Of a DNA stretch of 32,000 bases, positions 9,847 to 19,224 are shown one piece after another. The notes beneath the pieces were generated by a model. That model did not search any database. It was not told where the DNA came from and saw only the letters and a list, made by a program, of their open reading frames with translations. Made by a program: the position numbers and the translations under genes. Each line of letters starts with the position of its first letter. Position 1 is the first letter of the stretch. Location: the NCBI GenBank assembly GCA_000008085.1, contig AE017199.1:390001-422000 (forward strand). Direction: 5' to 3'. This DNA is from Nanoarchaeum equitans Kin4-M. Lineage in GTDB: Archaea; Nanobdellota; Nanobdellia; Nanobdellales; Nanoarchaeaceae.

Positions 9847-10530
9847 ATGACTATAACTTTATATCTTGATAAGCCACCATGGTTTGCAAACCTTTTAAGA
9901 AGGCTAATTATGGAAGAAGCCCCTTCGATGGCGATAGAAGATGTTTATGTACATCAAAATAATGTATATTGGAATGAATGGTTTGCCAATAGATTAGGTT
10001 TAATCCCTATATATGCTCCAATAGACTATATAAAAAATGACAAGGTCGTAAAAGCTTCCTTAAAAGTAAAAGACAGGGAAGGCTGGGTTTATGCTGATGA
10101 AATAAAAATAGAAGACGAAAATGTGAAAATTGCCTATAAAAAAATACCATTGATTTGGGTTGAAAAGTGGCATGAAATAGATATGGAGTTCGAAATAAAA
10201 GTTGGGCAAGGCAAAGTTCATTCTAAATGGATACCAGCACATACATGGTATTATAAAGAAGTTTACGGCATACTAAAGAAAAAGGACAATAAAACAAAAG
10301 AACTAATAAATTCTTTAGGGCTAAAAATTGATGGAAATAAAGTTTATGGGGATAGAACCAAATTAGAAGCTTTAGAGAAAGAAGGAATTTTAGAGCTAAA
10401 AGAGACAGGAAGAATAGTATTTAATATAGAGGGCTTTGGCATGGTGGAGGAAAAAGAAATATTGCCTTTAGCAATAGATGTTTTCGTTAATAGGTTAGAC
10501 GAATACATAAAAACTCTAAGCAATGAGTAA
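9847..10530 (+). CDS. rpo3: DNA-directed RNA polymerase subunit D (Rpo3)
   Basis: ANLLRRLIMEEAPSMAIEDVYVHQNNVYWNEWFANRLGLIPI; QGKVHSKWIPA. Confidence 0.93.
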   Translation: MTITLYLDKPPWFANLLRRLIMEEAPSMAIEDVYVHQNNVYWNEWFANRLGLIPIYAPIDYIKNDKVVKASLKVKDREGWVYADEIKIEDENVKIAYKKIPLIWVEKWHEIDMEFEIKVGQGKVHSKWIPAHTWYYKEVYGILKKKDNKTKELINSLGLKIDGNKVYGDRTKLEALEKEGILELKETGRIVFNIEGFGMVEEKEILPLAIDVFVNRLDEYIKTLSNE

Positions 10531-11254
10531 TATAGAGAAACAAATAATAGAGATATTAAAGAAGAAACCTAAGGGCGCAACTATAAAAGAGATTGCTGAA
10601 GAGTTAGGAATAAATAAAATGACTGCTTTAAGGTATTTAGAGGTTCTTAAAACTAAAGGAATAGTTGATTATGAAGAAAATAGGAGGGCCAAAATTTGGT
10701 ATGTTGTTGGAGAGACCTCTTTATTAGAAATATTCAAAAGCGAGAAACCATATTTGAAATTCCTAAAATACGAGCAAGGCAATATTTTATTGCTAGACGA
10801 TATATTAATGGTTGTTTTGCCTGCATCTTTTTTCTCTAATATTTATGATTTATATGGGGAAGAAGCAAGCCAAAAATTATACCAATTAGGTTACGAATTT
10901 GGAAAAACACTATCTTTTATATATGAAATAAATACTGGGGTTAAAGTATCCAATATAGGCTTATTGCCTGCAACAGTTAGGTCTTTGCTAAGCTTTTTCT
11001 TAAGAGGGGGCTTTGGAGAGTTAGAAAAAATTGAGGATTATAAAGACAAAATGGTAATAAAAATAAAAAATAGTTTATTTCCTAAAATTTTAGAAGGAAA
11101 AGGCAAGAAATGCCATTTCTTAGCTGGTTACATAGCAGGGATAGCTAATGTTTTAACAGGCAAAAACTTAAAAGTTTATGAATCCAAATGTGTTGGAGAA
11201 GGTTATAACTATTGTGAATTCGTGATAATGAAGAATGATTCAACCGCTGAATAA
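10523..11254 (+). CDS. HTH transcriptional regulator with C-terminal V4R domain
   Basis: N-terminal winged HTH (TIKEIAEELGINKMTALRYLEVLKTKGIV), C-terminal CHFLAGYIAGIANVLTG...C.G...C.F V4R-like pattern. Confidence 0.8.
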   Translation: MSNIEKQIIEILKKKPKGATIKEIAEELGINKMTALRYLEVLKTKGIVDYEENRRAKIWYVVGETSLLEIFKSEKPYLKFLKYEQGNILLLDDILMVVLPASFFSNIYDLYGEEASQKLYQLGYEFGKTLSFIYEINTGVKVSNIGLLPATVRSLLSFFLRGGFGELEKIEDYKDKMVIKIKNSLFPKILEGKGKKCHFLAGYIAGIANVLTGKNLKVYESKCVGEGYNYCEFVIMKNDSTAE

Positions 11255-11276
11255 TGATGAATTCAGCCTTGGCTGA
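11222..11276 (+). ncRNA. Possible C/D box sRNA overlapping the 3' end of the V4R regulator
   Basis: C-like GTGATAA 11222-11228; D' CTGA 11247-11250; perfect C' ATGATGA 11254-11260; 12-nt guide; D CTGA 11273-11276. Confidence 0.4.
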
Positions 11277-12291
11277 CCCACATTTTTGGATATAAACCAG
11301 GTTTCATAAATACTCTTTCTATATCTACAGCTATTCCTCTTTTCTTTTCTAACATTTCTTTAGAATCCATAAGGGCTATACCAATAGCAACTAATTCTCC
11401 TTTTAATGTATGTATCGAAACTAAATCGCCTTTCTTTATATTGCTATAAAGCTTGGCTATTCCTGGCACTGCTAAATTGGCCCCATGCACAATTGCAGCA
11501 ACAGCACTATCTAAAATATATATTTTTTTCAAATGTTTTACAGCCTCTTCTACAGGTAAAAACACTTTCCTTATATATTCTTCGTTCCCTTCTTCTTTCC
11601 AAAAATATAGAGAATCCACTATGTCTTGCAAATATACCGAATTGTTTTCATGGAATGGCCCAGACTTTATTCTTCTTAATTCTTGCATATGTGCCCCAAC
11701 TCCAAGCTTTACTCCTATATCATGGATTAGCTTTCTAATATATACTCCCCCTTGGGTAGAAACTCTAAATAAAACATCTTTCCCATCTATCTCTATTATT
11801 TTAATACAATAAACTTTTTTCTTTCTAGGTCTCTTTTTTACAGCACTTCTCAATGGGGGGGTTTGTATTATAGTACCTACAAATTTGGACATAACTTTAA
11901 TTATATCTTTTTCGCTAACTTCTTTATGCAAATGCATTAGAGCTACATACTCTTTACCTGCTATTAACAAAGTTTGTAAAACTTTTGTGGCTTCTCCAAT
12001 TGCTATAGGCAATACCCCAGTTACTTTTGGGTCTAAAGTACCACCATGGCCCGCTTTTACACCAACTATGTCTCTTACCCACGCTACAACTTGATGTGAA
12101 GTGGGCCCAGAAGGTTTGTCCAAATTTATTACAGAATATTTTAATAATCTCTCTATTGGTCTATTATAAGGATCTTCGCCCCATTTTTCATTAGTTTCAG
12201 CTTCTTTTTTAACCCATATTTCATATTTTTCTAACTCCCATGGTAAAGGGCATTCCTGCTCTTCTAAACATTTAGAGCAGAATATTCGCAT
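11263..12291 (-). CDS. cbf5: tRNA/rRNA pseudouridine synthase Cbf5 (start probably 12291, MRIFCSKCL...)
   Basis: LDKPSGPTSHQVVAWVRDIVGVKAGHGGTLDPKVTGVLPIAIGEATK; PUA-like C-terminus; TATA-like TTATAAAA around 12314. Confidence 0.93.
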   Translation of the reverse strand: MRIFCSKCLEEQECPLPWELEKYEIWVKKEAETNEKWGEDPYNRPIERLLKYSVINLDKPSGPTSHQVVAWVRDIVGVKAGHGGTLDPKVTGVLPIAIGEATKVLQTLLIAGKEYVALMHLHKEVSEKDIIKVMSKFVGTIIQTPPLRSAVKKRPRKKKVYCIKIIEIDGKDVLFRVSTQGGVYIRKLIHDIGVKLGVGAHMQELRRIKSGPFHENNSVYLQDIVDSLYFWKEEGNEEYIRKVFLPVEEAVKHLKKIYILDSAVAAIVHGANLAVPGIAKLYSNIKKGDLVSIHTLKGELVAIGIALMDSKEMLEKKRGIAVDIERVFMKPGLYPKMWVSQG

Positions 12292-12321
12292 AAGACTTAA
12301 ACATAACACATTATAAAAATT

Positions 12322-13460
12322 ATGCTATTTCTATTCGCCACAATAATAGGAGTAATACTAGGAATAATTCCTATAATACATCCGAACAATGTTATACCTT
12401 TGTTAAATTATTTGCCTTTAGATAAAATAGATTTGTCTATAATGGCCATCTCTTTTTTATTGGGTTTTAGCTTTTCCTCTATAATTCCTACAGCCCTATT
12501 AGGTTATCCTGAAAAATGCTTTAGCTTTGCCCCCATCGATTAGATTATTGAAAGAAGGCAAAGCCTGGGAGTTAATTTTATATAATTTGTATGGTAGCCT
12601 TGTTGGGGGTATATTAGCTTTGTTGTTTATCCCTTTTAATTCCCTATGTGGGAATACTAACTAAAATATTGATTAAACATAAGCTATTGCCGTTTATTTT
12701 GTTTATAATAATGGGGTATTTGTTTGCAATAGACAAAAGAGCAAAAACTTTAGAAATTATTGTTTTGGCCTCTTTATTAGGGTTAGTGACATATAATTTA
12801 ACTGTAAAAAACAAGCTTACAGCTTTGTTAACAGGTTTATTTGGATTGCCATATTTAATAACAATATACAAAGGCAAAAAACCCTCTTTCAATACTAAAA
12901 ACAAAGAAATAATAGAGATAAAACCTGCTTTAGTTGGGGTTTTAGCTGTGCTATTAGCTTCAATAATTCCTACATTGTCTCCATCTATAGCGATATTCTT
13001 TATACAAAAATTATTTAATATAAAAGGAGATTTACCTTTTGTTTACGCTTTAGGTTCTTTAACAACAGCAGATGTTGTTATATCTTTAGCGAATTTCTAT
13101 TTTAATGGCTCCGCAAGAAATGGTGCTATAGTTTTTGTCAAGAATTTACTAGGAAAAATAGATTTTAATACTTTTCTGTTGTTTTTGGCTAACACAATTG
13201 TTAGCATAATTATAGCTTTTATTGCCACATATGTTTTTGCTAAACATTTGATAAAATACGAAATAGATGTTAGAAAGATTAAACCAATTTTGATAGGTTT
13301 TATAATAATATACCTAATAGCAGTTTCTGGTTTTGTTGGGTTATTAATAGCATTAACAGCAATGTTTGTTGGTTTAGAAGCAATAAAAAATAATATAAAT
13401 TACAGCACTTTGGGTGTGGCATTAATGTTCCCATTAGCTATAAATATATTGCTTAGTTAA
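12322..13460 (+). pseudogene. TctA/DUF112-like membrane protein interrupted by two apparent +1 frameshifts
   Basis: Frame 1 (12322-12543, GVILGIIPIIHPNN), then frame 2 (RLLKEGKAWELILYNLYGSLVGGILALLFIP), then frame 3 (from 12648, GILTKILIKHKLLPF...) read as one continuous protein. Confidence 0.7.
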
Positions 13461-13465
13461 TACAA

Positions 13466-13517
13466 ATGATGATCGTTTACCGGCACTGATTAGTGATGTG
13501 GTTCAGGTACCGGCTGA
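13466..13517 (+). ncRNA. C/D box sRNA with two guides predicted to direct 2'-O-methylation of 23S rRNA
   Basis: C ATGATGA 13466-13472; D' CTGA 13486-13489; C' GTGATGT 13493-13499; D CTGA 13514-13517; both guides complementary to 23S (5952-5965 and 5987-5998). Confidence 0.9.
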
Positions 13518-13545
13518 TATTTAAAATGGCTTTTCTTAAAATTTA

Positions 13546-15876
13546 ATGCGTATCCTAGTTACTGCGGCTTTGCCATATTCGAATGGGCCAATCCATTTGG
13601 GCCATATCGCTGGGGCTTATCTGCCAGCAGATATATTTTATAGATTCGTAAAACTAAAAGGATATAATGCATTGTACATATGTGGGTCTGACCAATATGG
13701 ATCGCCTATCGAATTAAACGCAATAAAACTAAACATAGATCCAAAGGACTATGCTTCATTCTATAGAAAAATACAAGAAGAGATTTTCAAAAAATTTAAC
13801 ATAAAATTTGATATATATTCAGGAACGGCCGAATCCAATATACATCCTATAATAGTAAAGGAATTCTTTTTATCATTATTTAGTGCAGGCCTTTTAATAG
13901 AAAAAGAACAAGAATTGCCATATGATCCTAAAATAAAAAGATTTTTACCGGATCGATTTGTTGTAGGGCAATGTCCCTATTGTGGGTATGAAAAAGCCTA
14001 TGGGGATCAATGTGAAAAATGTGGTAGACTATTAGAGCCTAAAGAGTTAATTAATCCTAAAAGTGCCATAACTGGAGAAAAAGTAATTTTCAAAAAGACG
14101 AGACATTTGTTTTTCAATATTCCAAAATTAAAAGATAAACTAAAACAATACATTGAATCTAAAAAGGATGTATGGAATGATTTTACATACAGTTGGTCTT
14201 TAGCATTATTGGATAACTTTAAAGAAAGGGCAATAACTAGAGATAACAAATGGGGCGTAAAAGTTCCCGCTAAGGAGATGTTAGAAATATTAAAAAAAGC
14301 TCTAAAAGAAGGAAAAACCCCAAAAGATTTCGGTTTATTAATTGATAGTACTAACGAAAAAGATTTAGAAAATCATATAAAAGAATACGAAAACAAGGTT
14401 TTATATGTATGGTTTGATGCGCCCATAGGGTATATATCTTTTACTTTTGAGACTTCTCCTGAATATAGATATTATTGGGACGAAAAAGAAAAACCTTATA
14501 TAGTGCATTTTATTGGGAAAGACAATATTCCTTTCCATACAATATTTTGGCCTGCATTAATAATTGGGCGAAATTTGGGATATAAAAATATAAACCATAT
14601 ATTAGATTTCGATATAGCTTTGCCTTACCAAGTATTTGGTAATCCTTATCTAAACTATTATGGCAAAAAATTCTCAAAAAGCAAAAGGTGGGGGGTATTT
14701 TTGGATAACATAGATAAAATAGATATAGATATAGACTATTTCAGATTCTATTTAGCCTACATTCATACAGTGTCTAAAGATATGTCTTTCGAATGGGACC
14801 AATTCAAAGAAGTAATAAACAAAGAATTAGTCGATAACATTGGCAATTTTATCCATAGGGTTTTAACCTTTATATACAATAGATTTAATGGTATTCCCCC
14901 AAAAATAGAGCATCTAGACGACAAAGATAAAGAACTTTTAGATAAAATAAAGCAATTACCCGAAAAAGTGTTTAACTTTATATGGAAGGGCGAAATTGGA
15001 AATGCCTTAAGAGAGATCGTTAATACCTCTAATTTGGCTAACAAATATTTCCAAGAAAAAGAGCCATGGAAAACTAATGATCCAAATACTATTGCTATTG
15101 CTTTCGAAGCAGTAAAAACCTTTATAATTCTGTTATATCCATTTATTCCGGAAAAGGCCAAACTATTAGCGTCTATAGCTAATATAGATATAAAATGGGA
15201 TTTCAATCAAAAAGTAGAAAAAATAAACAAACCATTTATCGTTTTCCACAAATTAAGCGATAACCAAATAGAAATGGCAAAGCAAATCTTAACCAATCCA
15301 AAAGAATATGATTTGGGTAAAAAGAAAGTTATAGGTGTTTTAAGATATGAAGATGAGTTATATAAAATAGAATTAGAATGTGACGACAACCCATGGGTTT
15401 GTCTAAAAAGAGAGTTAGATAAAAGAAAAATAAAATACATATATGATACAGTTAAAGGGGATGTACCCCCACATATAATAGATGGCAATACTTATATATA
15501 TTTATTGCCGGCATTAGAGAAACCCAATTTAGAAAAGGCAGAAGAAGAATATGGCTTAGTTAGCTATTTGGATTTTGCTAAACTAGACATGAGAGTTGGT
15601 AAAATTATAGATGTGCAAGACCACCCAAATGCGGATAAGCTTTATATAATAAAAGTAAGCCTTGGCAATAAACAAAAAACCTTAGTTGGGGGACTAAAGC
15701 AATATTATAAAAAAGAAGAGCTAATAGGAAAGTACGTAGTTTTAATAAATAACTTAAAGCCTAAACAATTAAGAGGAATAACATCAGAAGGAATGCTATT
15801 AGCTGCAGACGATGGTAAAGAGGTAGCATTATTAATGCCGGACAAACCAATTAGTTTAGGTTCAAAAGTTCGTTAA
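13546..15876 (+). CDS. metG: Methionyl-tRNA synthetase with C-terminal EMAPII/Trbp111-like tRNA-binding domain
   Basis: AALPYSNGPIHLGHIAGAYLPADI, CPYCG/CEKCG zinc knuckle, KFSKSK, C-terminal DMRVGKIIDVQDHPNADKLYIIKV. Confidence 0.95.
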   Translation: MRILVTAALPYSNGPIHLGHIAGAYLPADIFYRFVKLKGYNALYICGSDQYGSPIELNAIKLNIDPKDYASFYRKIQEEIFKKFNIKFDIYSGTAESNIHPIIVKEFFLSLFSAGLLIEKEQELPYDPKIKRFLPDRFVVGQCPYCGYEKAYGDQCEKCGRLLEPKELINPKSAITGEKVIFKKTRHLFFNIPKLKDKLKQYIESKKDVWNDFTYSWSLALLDNFKERAITRDNKWGVKVPAKEMLEILKKALKEGKTPKDFGLLIDSTNEKDLENHIKEYENKVLYVWFDAPIGYISFTFETSPEYRYYWDEKEKPYIVHFIGKDNIPFHTIFWPALIIGRNLGYKNINHILDFDIALPYQVFGNPYLNYYGKKFSKSKRWGVFLDNIDKIDIDIDYFRFYLAYIHTVSKDMSFEWDQFKEVINKELVDNIGNFIHRVLTFIYNRFNGIPPKIEHLDDKDKELLDKIKQLPEKVFNFIWKGEIGNALREIVNTSNLANKYFQEKEPWKTNDPNTIAIAFEAVKTFIILLYPFIPEKAKLLASIANIDIKWDFNQKVEKINKPFIVFHKLSDNQIEMAKQILTNPKEYDLGKKKVIGVLRYEDELYKIELECDDNPWVCLKRELDKRKIKYIYDTVKGDVPPHIIDGNTYIYLLPALEKPNLEKAEEEYGLVSYLDFAKLDMRVGKIIDVQDHPNADKLYIIKVSLGNKQKTLVGGLKQYYKKEELIGKYVVLINNLKPKQLRGITSEGMLLAADDGKEVALLMPDKPISLGSKVR

Positions 15877-16591
15877 AATTTTTGTCTATTTGTGATTCTA
15901 CTTCTTCAAAATCTAACCCTTTTATTTTAGCGATCTCTTCTATGGCATATTTAACTTTGTATGGTCTATTATTTCTATTGCCCTCTGGGTCTAAGAATGG
16001 GCTATCAGTTTCGGTAAACATTTTTTCCAATGGGGTATCCCTAGCAATTTTCTTTAACCTTTTGTTTTTTACAATTATTGCTGGGATAGAAATATAATAT
16101 CCTAAATCTAAAGCTTTGTTTAAAGCGATTTTCCAATCTTTTTTGGGCATAAAGCTATGCATTACTGCTTTAATATTATAGGATTCCATTATTTCCAAAC
16201 AATCCAATTCCGCATCTCTAGAATGTATTATTACTGGTTTTTTAATAGATTCGGCCAATTCCAATAGCTTTCTAAAATAATGTTTTTGTTTATCGATTTC
16301 TTTTTTGTCTTTGTGCCAATAATAGTCTAAGCCTATTTCTCCTACTCCAATACATTTACTGTTTTCGCATAAATTTTTTATTTGTTTTATTGTTTTTTCT
16401 ATTTCTAATTCTGATAGCTTTACTACCTCTGTTGGATGTAGGCCGGCACTAAAATAGACATTTTCCTGTTTTGATTCTTCTAAAACTATTTCGTTAGTTT
16501 CATAGTTAAGCCCGCTCTCTACTACTATCATATCCCTTATTTCCTCTATGCATTTACCTACCATAAAGCAATGTGCATGTATATCAAGCAT
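15851..16591 (-). CDS. tatD: TatD family metal-dependent hydrolase
   Basis: MLDIHAHCF, GEIGLDYYWHK, VIHSRDAELDCLEIM, ETDSPFLDP. Confidence 0.9.
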   Translation of the reverse strand: MLDIHAHCFMVGKCIEEIRDMIVVESGLNYETNEIVLEESKQENVYFSAGLHPTEVVKLSELEIEKTIKQIKNLCENSKCIGVGEIGLDYYWHKDKKEIDKQKHYFRKLLELAESIKKPVIIHSRDAELDCLEIMESYNIKAVMHSFMPKKDWKIALNKALDLGYYISIPAIIVKNKRLKKIARDTPLEKMFTETDSPFLDPEGNRNNRPYKVKYAIEEIAKIKGLDFEEVESQIDKNFNELLNLN

Positions 16592-16611
16592 TTACAATAA
16601 CACAAAATAGT

Positions 16612-16617
16612 TTTAAA
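16612..16617. promoter_or_regulatory. Shared bidirectional palindromic TATA box (TTTAAA)
   Basis: Exactly 20 nt from the start codons of both divergent genes (16591- and 16638+). Confidence 0.7.
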
Positions 16618-16637
16618 TTCTAACATTAATACCATTA

Positions 16638-17576
16638 GTGAGGGGAATAAACGCGCTAATAGCAATTATTGTTTTAGTGGCAATAGTGGGTTTAGCTGCT
16701 GTAAGCGTTATAAGCTTTGTACAAAAATCCATATCGCAACAACAAAAAGAGATAATACAAAAAAATGAATTTAACAAATTCCATACTATAGGGAAAATAG
16801 CCATTAGAACGGAAACCCCTTATGCGGACAAAGATACTATAGTAAATATTAGAATAGATTTGAAACCAGTACAAGATATAGTATCTAAATACGGCAGTTT
16901 TGCCTTATGTGATGACCCAAGCTGTTCTGGAAATAGATATTATTATTGCTGGGAAACTCCTAATGGGGAATGTGTAAGAGATTTGAACAAAAATTGGAAT
17001 AAATATATTATTTGGGTTAGAATTGATAGATTCTATTCGCCCATTGTCCTATATATGGTTTATGGGAAGGGCAAAACAAATGTTGACGGGAAAGACATAT
17101 TTTTATTATATACAAACGGTTCTTATTTAGATGGTTTTGAATCCCAAGGGGAAGTTACAACAAACAATGGAATAATAGAGCTAAAAAATGCGTCTTCTTT
17201 AGTTACTAATAGTTATGCGATTAAAGAAAAATACAATTTAGTTGCTCGATTACAATTCCAAATCAAAAACAATAACAAAACAACAATTAGTTTTAATGTA
17301 ACCGACCAAGTATATATTAAAGGGCTAGATGTCTATAAAGGAAACGAAAAAATAACAACTTTGGAAGCAAATACCAATTATTTATATATAAACAAATTGC
17401 AAGGCTATCCTAAAGAGAATATATACATTATAAAAGGAAAACAAATAGTTTTACCTTATGGAAATGATAAAGTCTCTTTTACAATAAAAACAACAGACAA
17501 TTCAGATGTGTTAATAGATTGGATTATGCTATATTACGAACCAATAAATGTTAATGTGTATGTAGAAAAAGAATAA
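16638..17576 (+). CDS. Archaeal pilin-like/secreted protein
   Basis: GTG start; MRGINALIAIIVLVAIVGLAAVSVISFVQ leader followed by Gln-rich junction. Confidence 0.65.
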   Translation: MRGINALIAIIVLVAIVGLAAVSVISFVQKSISQQQKEIIQKNEFNKFHTIGKIAIRTETPYADKDTIVNIRIDLKPVQDIVSKYGSFALCDDPSCSGNRYYYCWETPNGECVRDLNKNWNKYIIWVRIDRFYSPIVLYMVYGKGKTNVDGKDIFLLYTNGSYLDGFESQGEVTTNNGIIELKNASSLVTNSYAIKEKYNLVARLQFQIKNNNKTTISFNVTDQVYIKGLDVYKGNEKITTLEANTNYLYINKLQGYPKENIYIIKGKQIVLPYGNDKVSFTIKTTDNSDVLIDWIMLYYEPINVNVYVEKE

Positions 17577-17651
17577 TGGGCCCGCGGGGATTCGAACCCC
17601 GGACCTCCGGGACCCAAACCCGGCGTCCTAGCCAGGCTAGACTACGGGCCC
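17577..17651 (-). tRNA. tRNA-Pro (TGG)
   Basis: GGGCCCG TA GTCTAGCCTGGCTAGGAC G CCGGG TTTGGGT CCCGG AGGTC CGGGG TTCGAAT CCCCG CGGGCCC A folds as a full cloverleaf; CCA not encoded. Confidence 0.95.
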
Positions 17652-17679
17652 AGAGTTTGCAAAACTAAATATTTAAAAA

Positions 17680-18399
17680 TTATAATTTATTTATTGCTTC
17701 CAAAATTCTTTCATAACATGCCATTGGTATTCTAAATGTGCCTTCCCATTCATCTAAAGTATTGCCTTTAGAGTCTTTAATTACTATCTTTGGTACTCCA
17801 TATACATTGTATTTGTCCGCCCAATCTGGGAATTCATATGCCTCTATCATATAAGCGTGCACTTTATTAGAAATTAATCCTAATTGATGGGTTGCTTCTG
17901 TAGCATAAGGACAATTGGGACATGTTGGAGTAATAAAAACATAAACATATATTGGTTCTTGCAACTTTTGATCTATCTCTTTTGCTAGCTCTATTGCTTT
18001 TGGTGGTAGCATTGGTTCGCCAGTACCTTTTGTTACTATGTCATCTAAAAATGGAGGCATTTCTTCTCCGAAAGGCAAACCATAATATCTAACATTAGGG
18101 CTATCTTCGAAAAATAGTATGGGCCCACAATATTTAGATTCCCCTTCAGGGCAAAATTCTTTTTTCTCACTTTTATCATAAACTTTATAGTCTATCTTGC
18201 CATTACTTATTTCTTTTAAATCGGACAATAACATTTCGGCCATTTCATTAGCATCCATATCATGATGGCCAGTTTCATCATGTACATGTAATGGTTCTCT
18301 ATCTTTGTCTACCACTAAACCAAAAACTACTGGGTTTTTTAATTTTTCAAATTCCTTTTTTAACAATTCTGCATCTTGTGGGGAAAATAACTTTGGCAT
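17680..18399 (-). CDS. Glutaredoxin/protein disulfide oxidoreductase-like protein
   Basis: C-terminal thioredoxin fold motif FITPTCPNCPYA...YGVPKIVI; N-terminal half lacks a CxxC. Confidence 0.8.
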   Translation of the reverse strand: MPKLFSPQDAELLKKEFEKLKNPVVFGLVVDKDREPLHVHDETGHHDMDANEMAEMLLSDLKEISNGKIDYKVYDKSEKKEFCPEGESKYCGPILFFEDSPNVRYYGLPFGEEMPPFLDDIVTKGTGEPMLPPKAIELAKEIDQKLQEPIYVYVFITPTCPNCPYATEATHQLGLISNKVHAYMIEAYEFPDWADKYNVYGVPKIVIKDSKGNTLDEWEGTFRIPMACYERILEAINKL

Positions 18400-18419
18400 A
18401 CCGTAGCTTAGGATAGCCC

Positions 18420-18425
18420 TTTAAA
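18420..18425. promoter_or_regulatory. Shared bidirectional palindromic TATA box (TTTAAA)
   Basis: Exactly 20 nt from the start codons of both divergent genes (18399- and 18446+). Confidence 0.7.
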
Positions 18426-18445
18426 AGTGTGAAAGATGTTATATT

Positions 18446-19198
18446 ATGAAAGAGGAATGGAAAGTCTTTAGAGGTTTTCTAGATAATTATACTTTAAAAA
18501 ATTTAGCCAAACTAGAAAGCTCTGGTTATTTGGATAGCTTAGAATATATTGTTGCAGAGGGTAAGGAAAGCGTAGTAATTAAAGGAAAATACGAAGACAA
18601 CGATATCGCTATAAAAATTTATAGAGTGATGAACATAAATTGGAAAGATTTTCATCGCTATCTAAGACAGGATAGAAGGTTTAAGGGCATTAGATGGAGT
18701 AGAGTAGAAATAATTAACGAATGGGTTAGAAGGGAATATTCTAATCTTATGAGAGCTTACAAGTATGGTATTAATGTGCCAAGACCAATATTTTATAGGG
18801 GCAATGTTTTAGCAATGGAATTTATTGGCGATCAATATCCAGCACCTAAGCTAAAAGATATAGATTTTGATGAACAATCTATAAATAAGGTTAAAGAGAA
18901 CCTATCTAAAGATTTGGAATTGTTAGTTAAAAAAGCCAAAATAGTGCATGGCGATTTAAGCCCATTCAATATTTTATACTATAGGGAAAAACCCTATATA
19001 ATTGATGTTTCTCAAGCAATTCCAATAGATTCGCCAGAAGCAATAAACTTATTAAAAAGGGATTTTTCTAATATAAACTTCTTTCTAAAGAAATATGGGC
19101 TTTCTTTGGATAGTACTTTATTAGATGATCTAATATTATTCATAAAGAGAAAAACCAGTAATGATATAGAGCTATTTACTAAACCAGGATTGCCTTAA
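18446..19198 (+). CDS. rio1: RIO-type serine/threonine kinase, Rio1-like
   Basis: ESVVIKGKYEDNDIAIKIYR, HGDLSPFNILYY, PYIIDVSQAIPIDSPEA. Confidence 0.9.
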   Translation: MKEEWKVFRGFLDNYTLKNLAKLESSGYLDSLEYIVAEGKESVVIKGKYEDNDIAIKIYRVMNINWKDFHRYLRQDRRFKGIRWSRVEIINEWVRREYSNLMRAYKYGINVPRPIFYRGNVLAMEFIGDQYPAPKLKDIDFDEQSINKVKENLSKDLELLVKKAKIVHGDLSPFNILYYREKPYIIDVSQAIPIDSPEAINLLKRDFSNINFFLKKYGLSLDSTLLDDLILFIKRKTSNDIELFTKPGLP

Positions 19199-19224
19199 AT
19201 TTTTAAACATAATATATAGAATAT

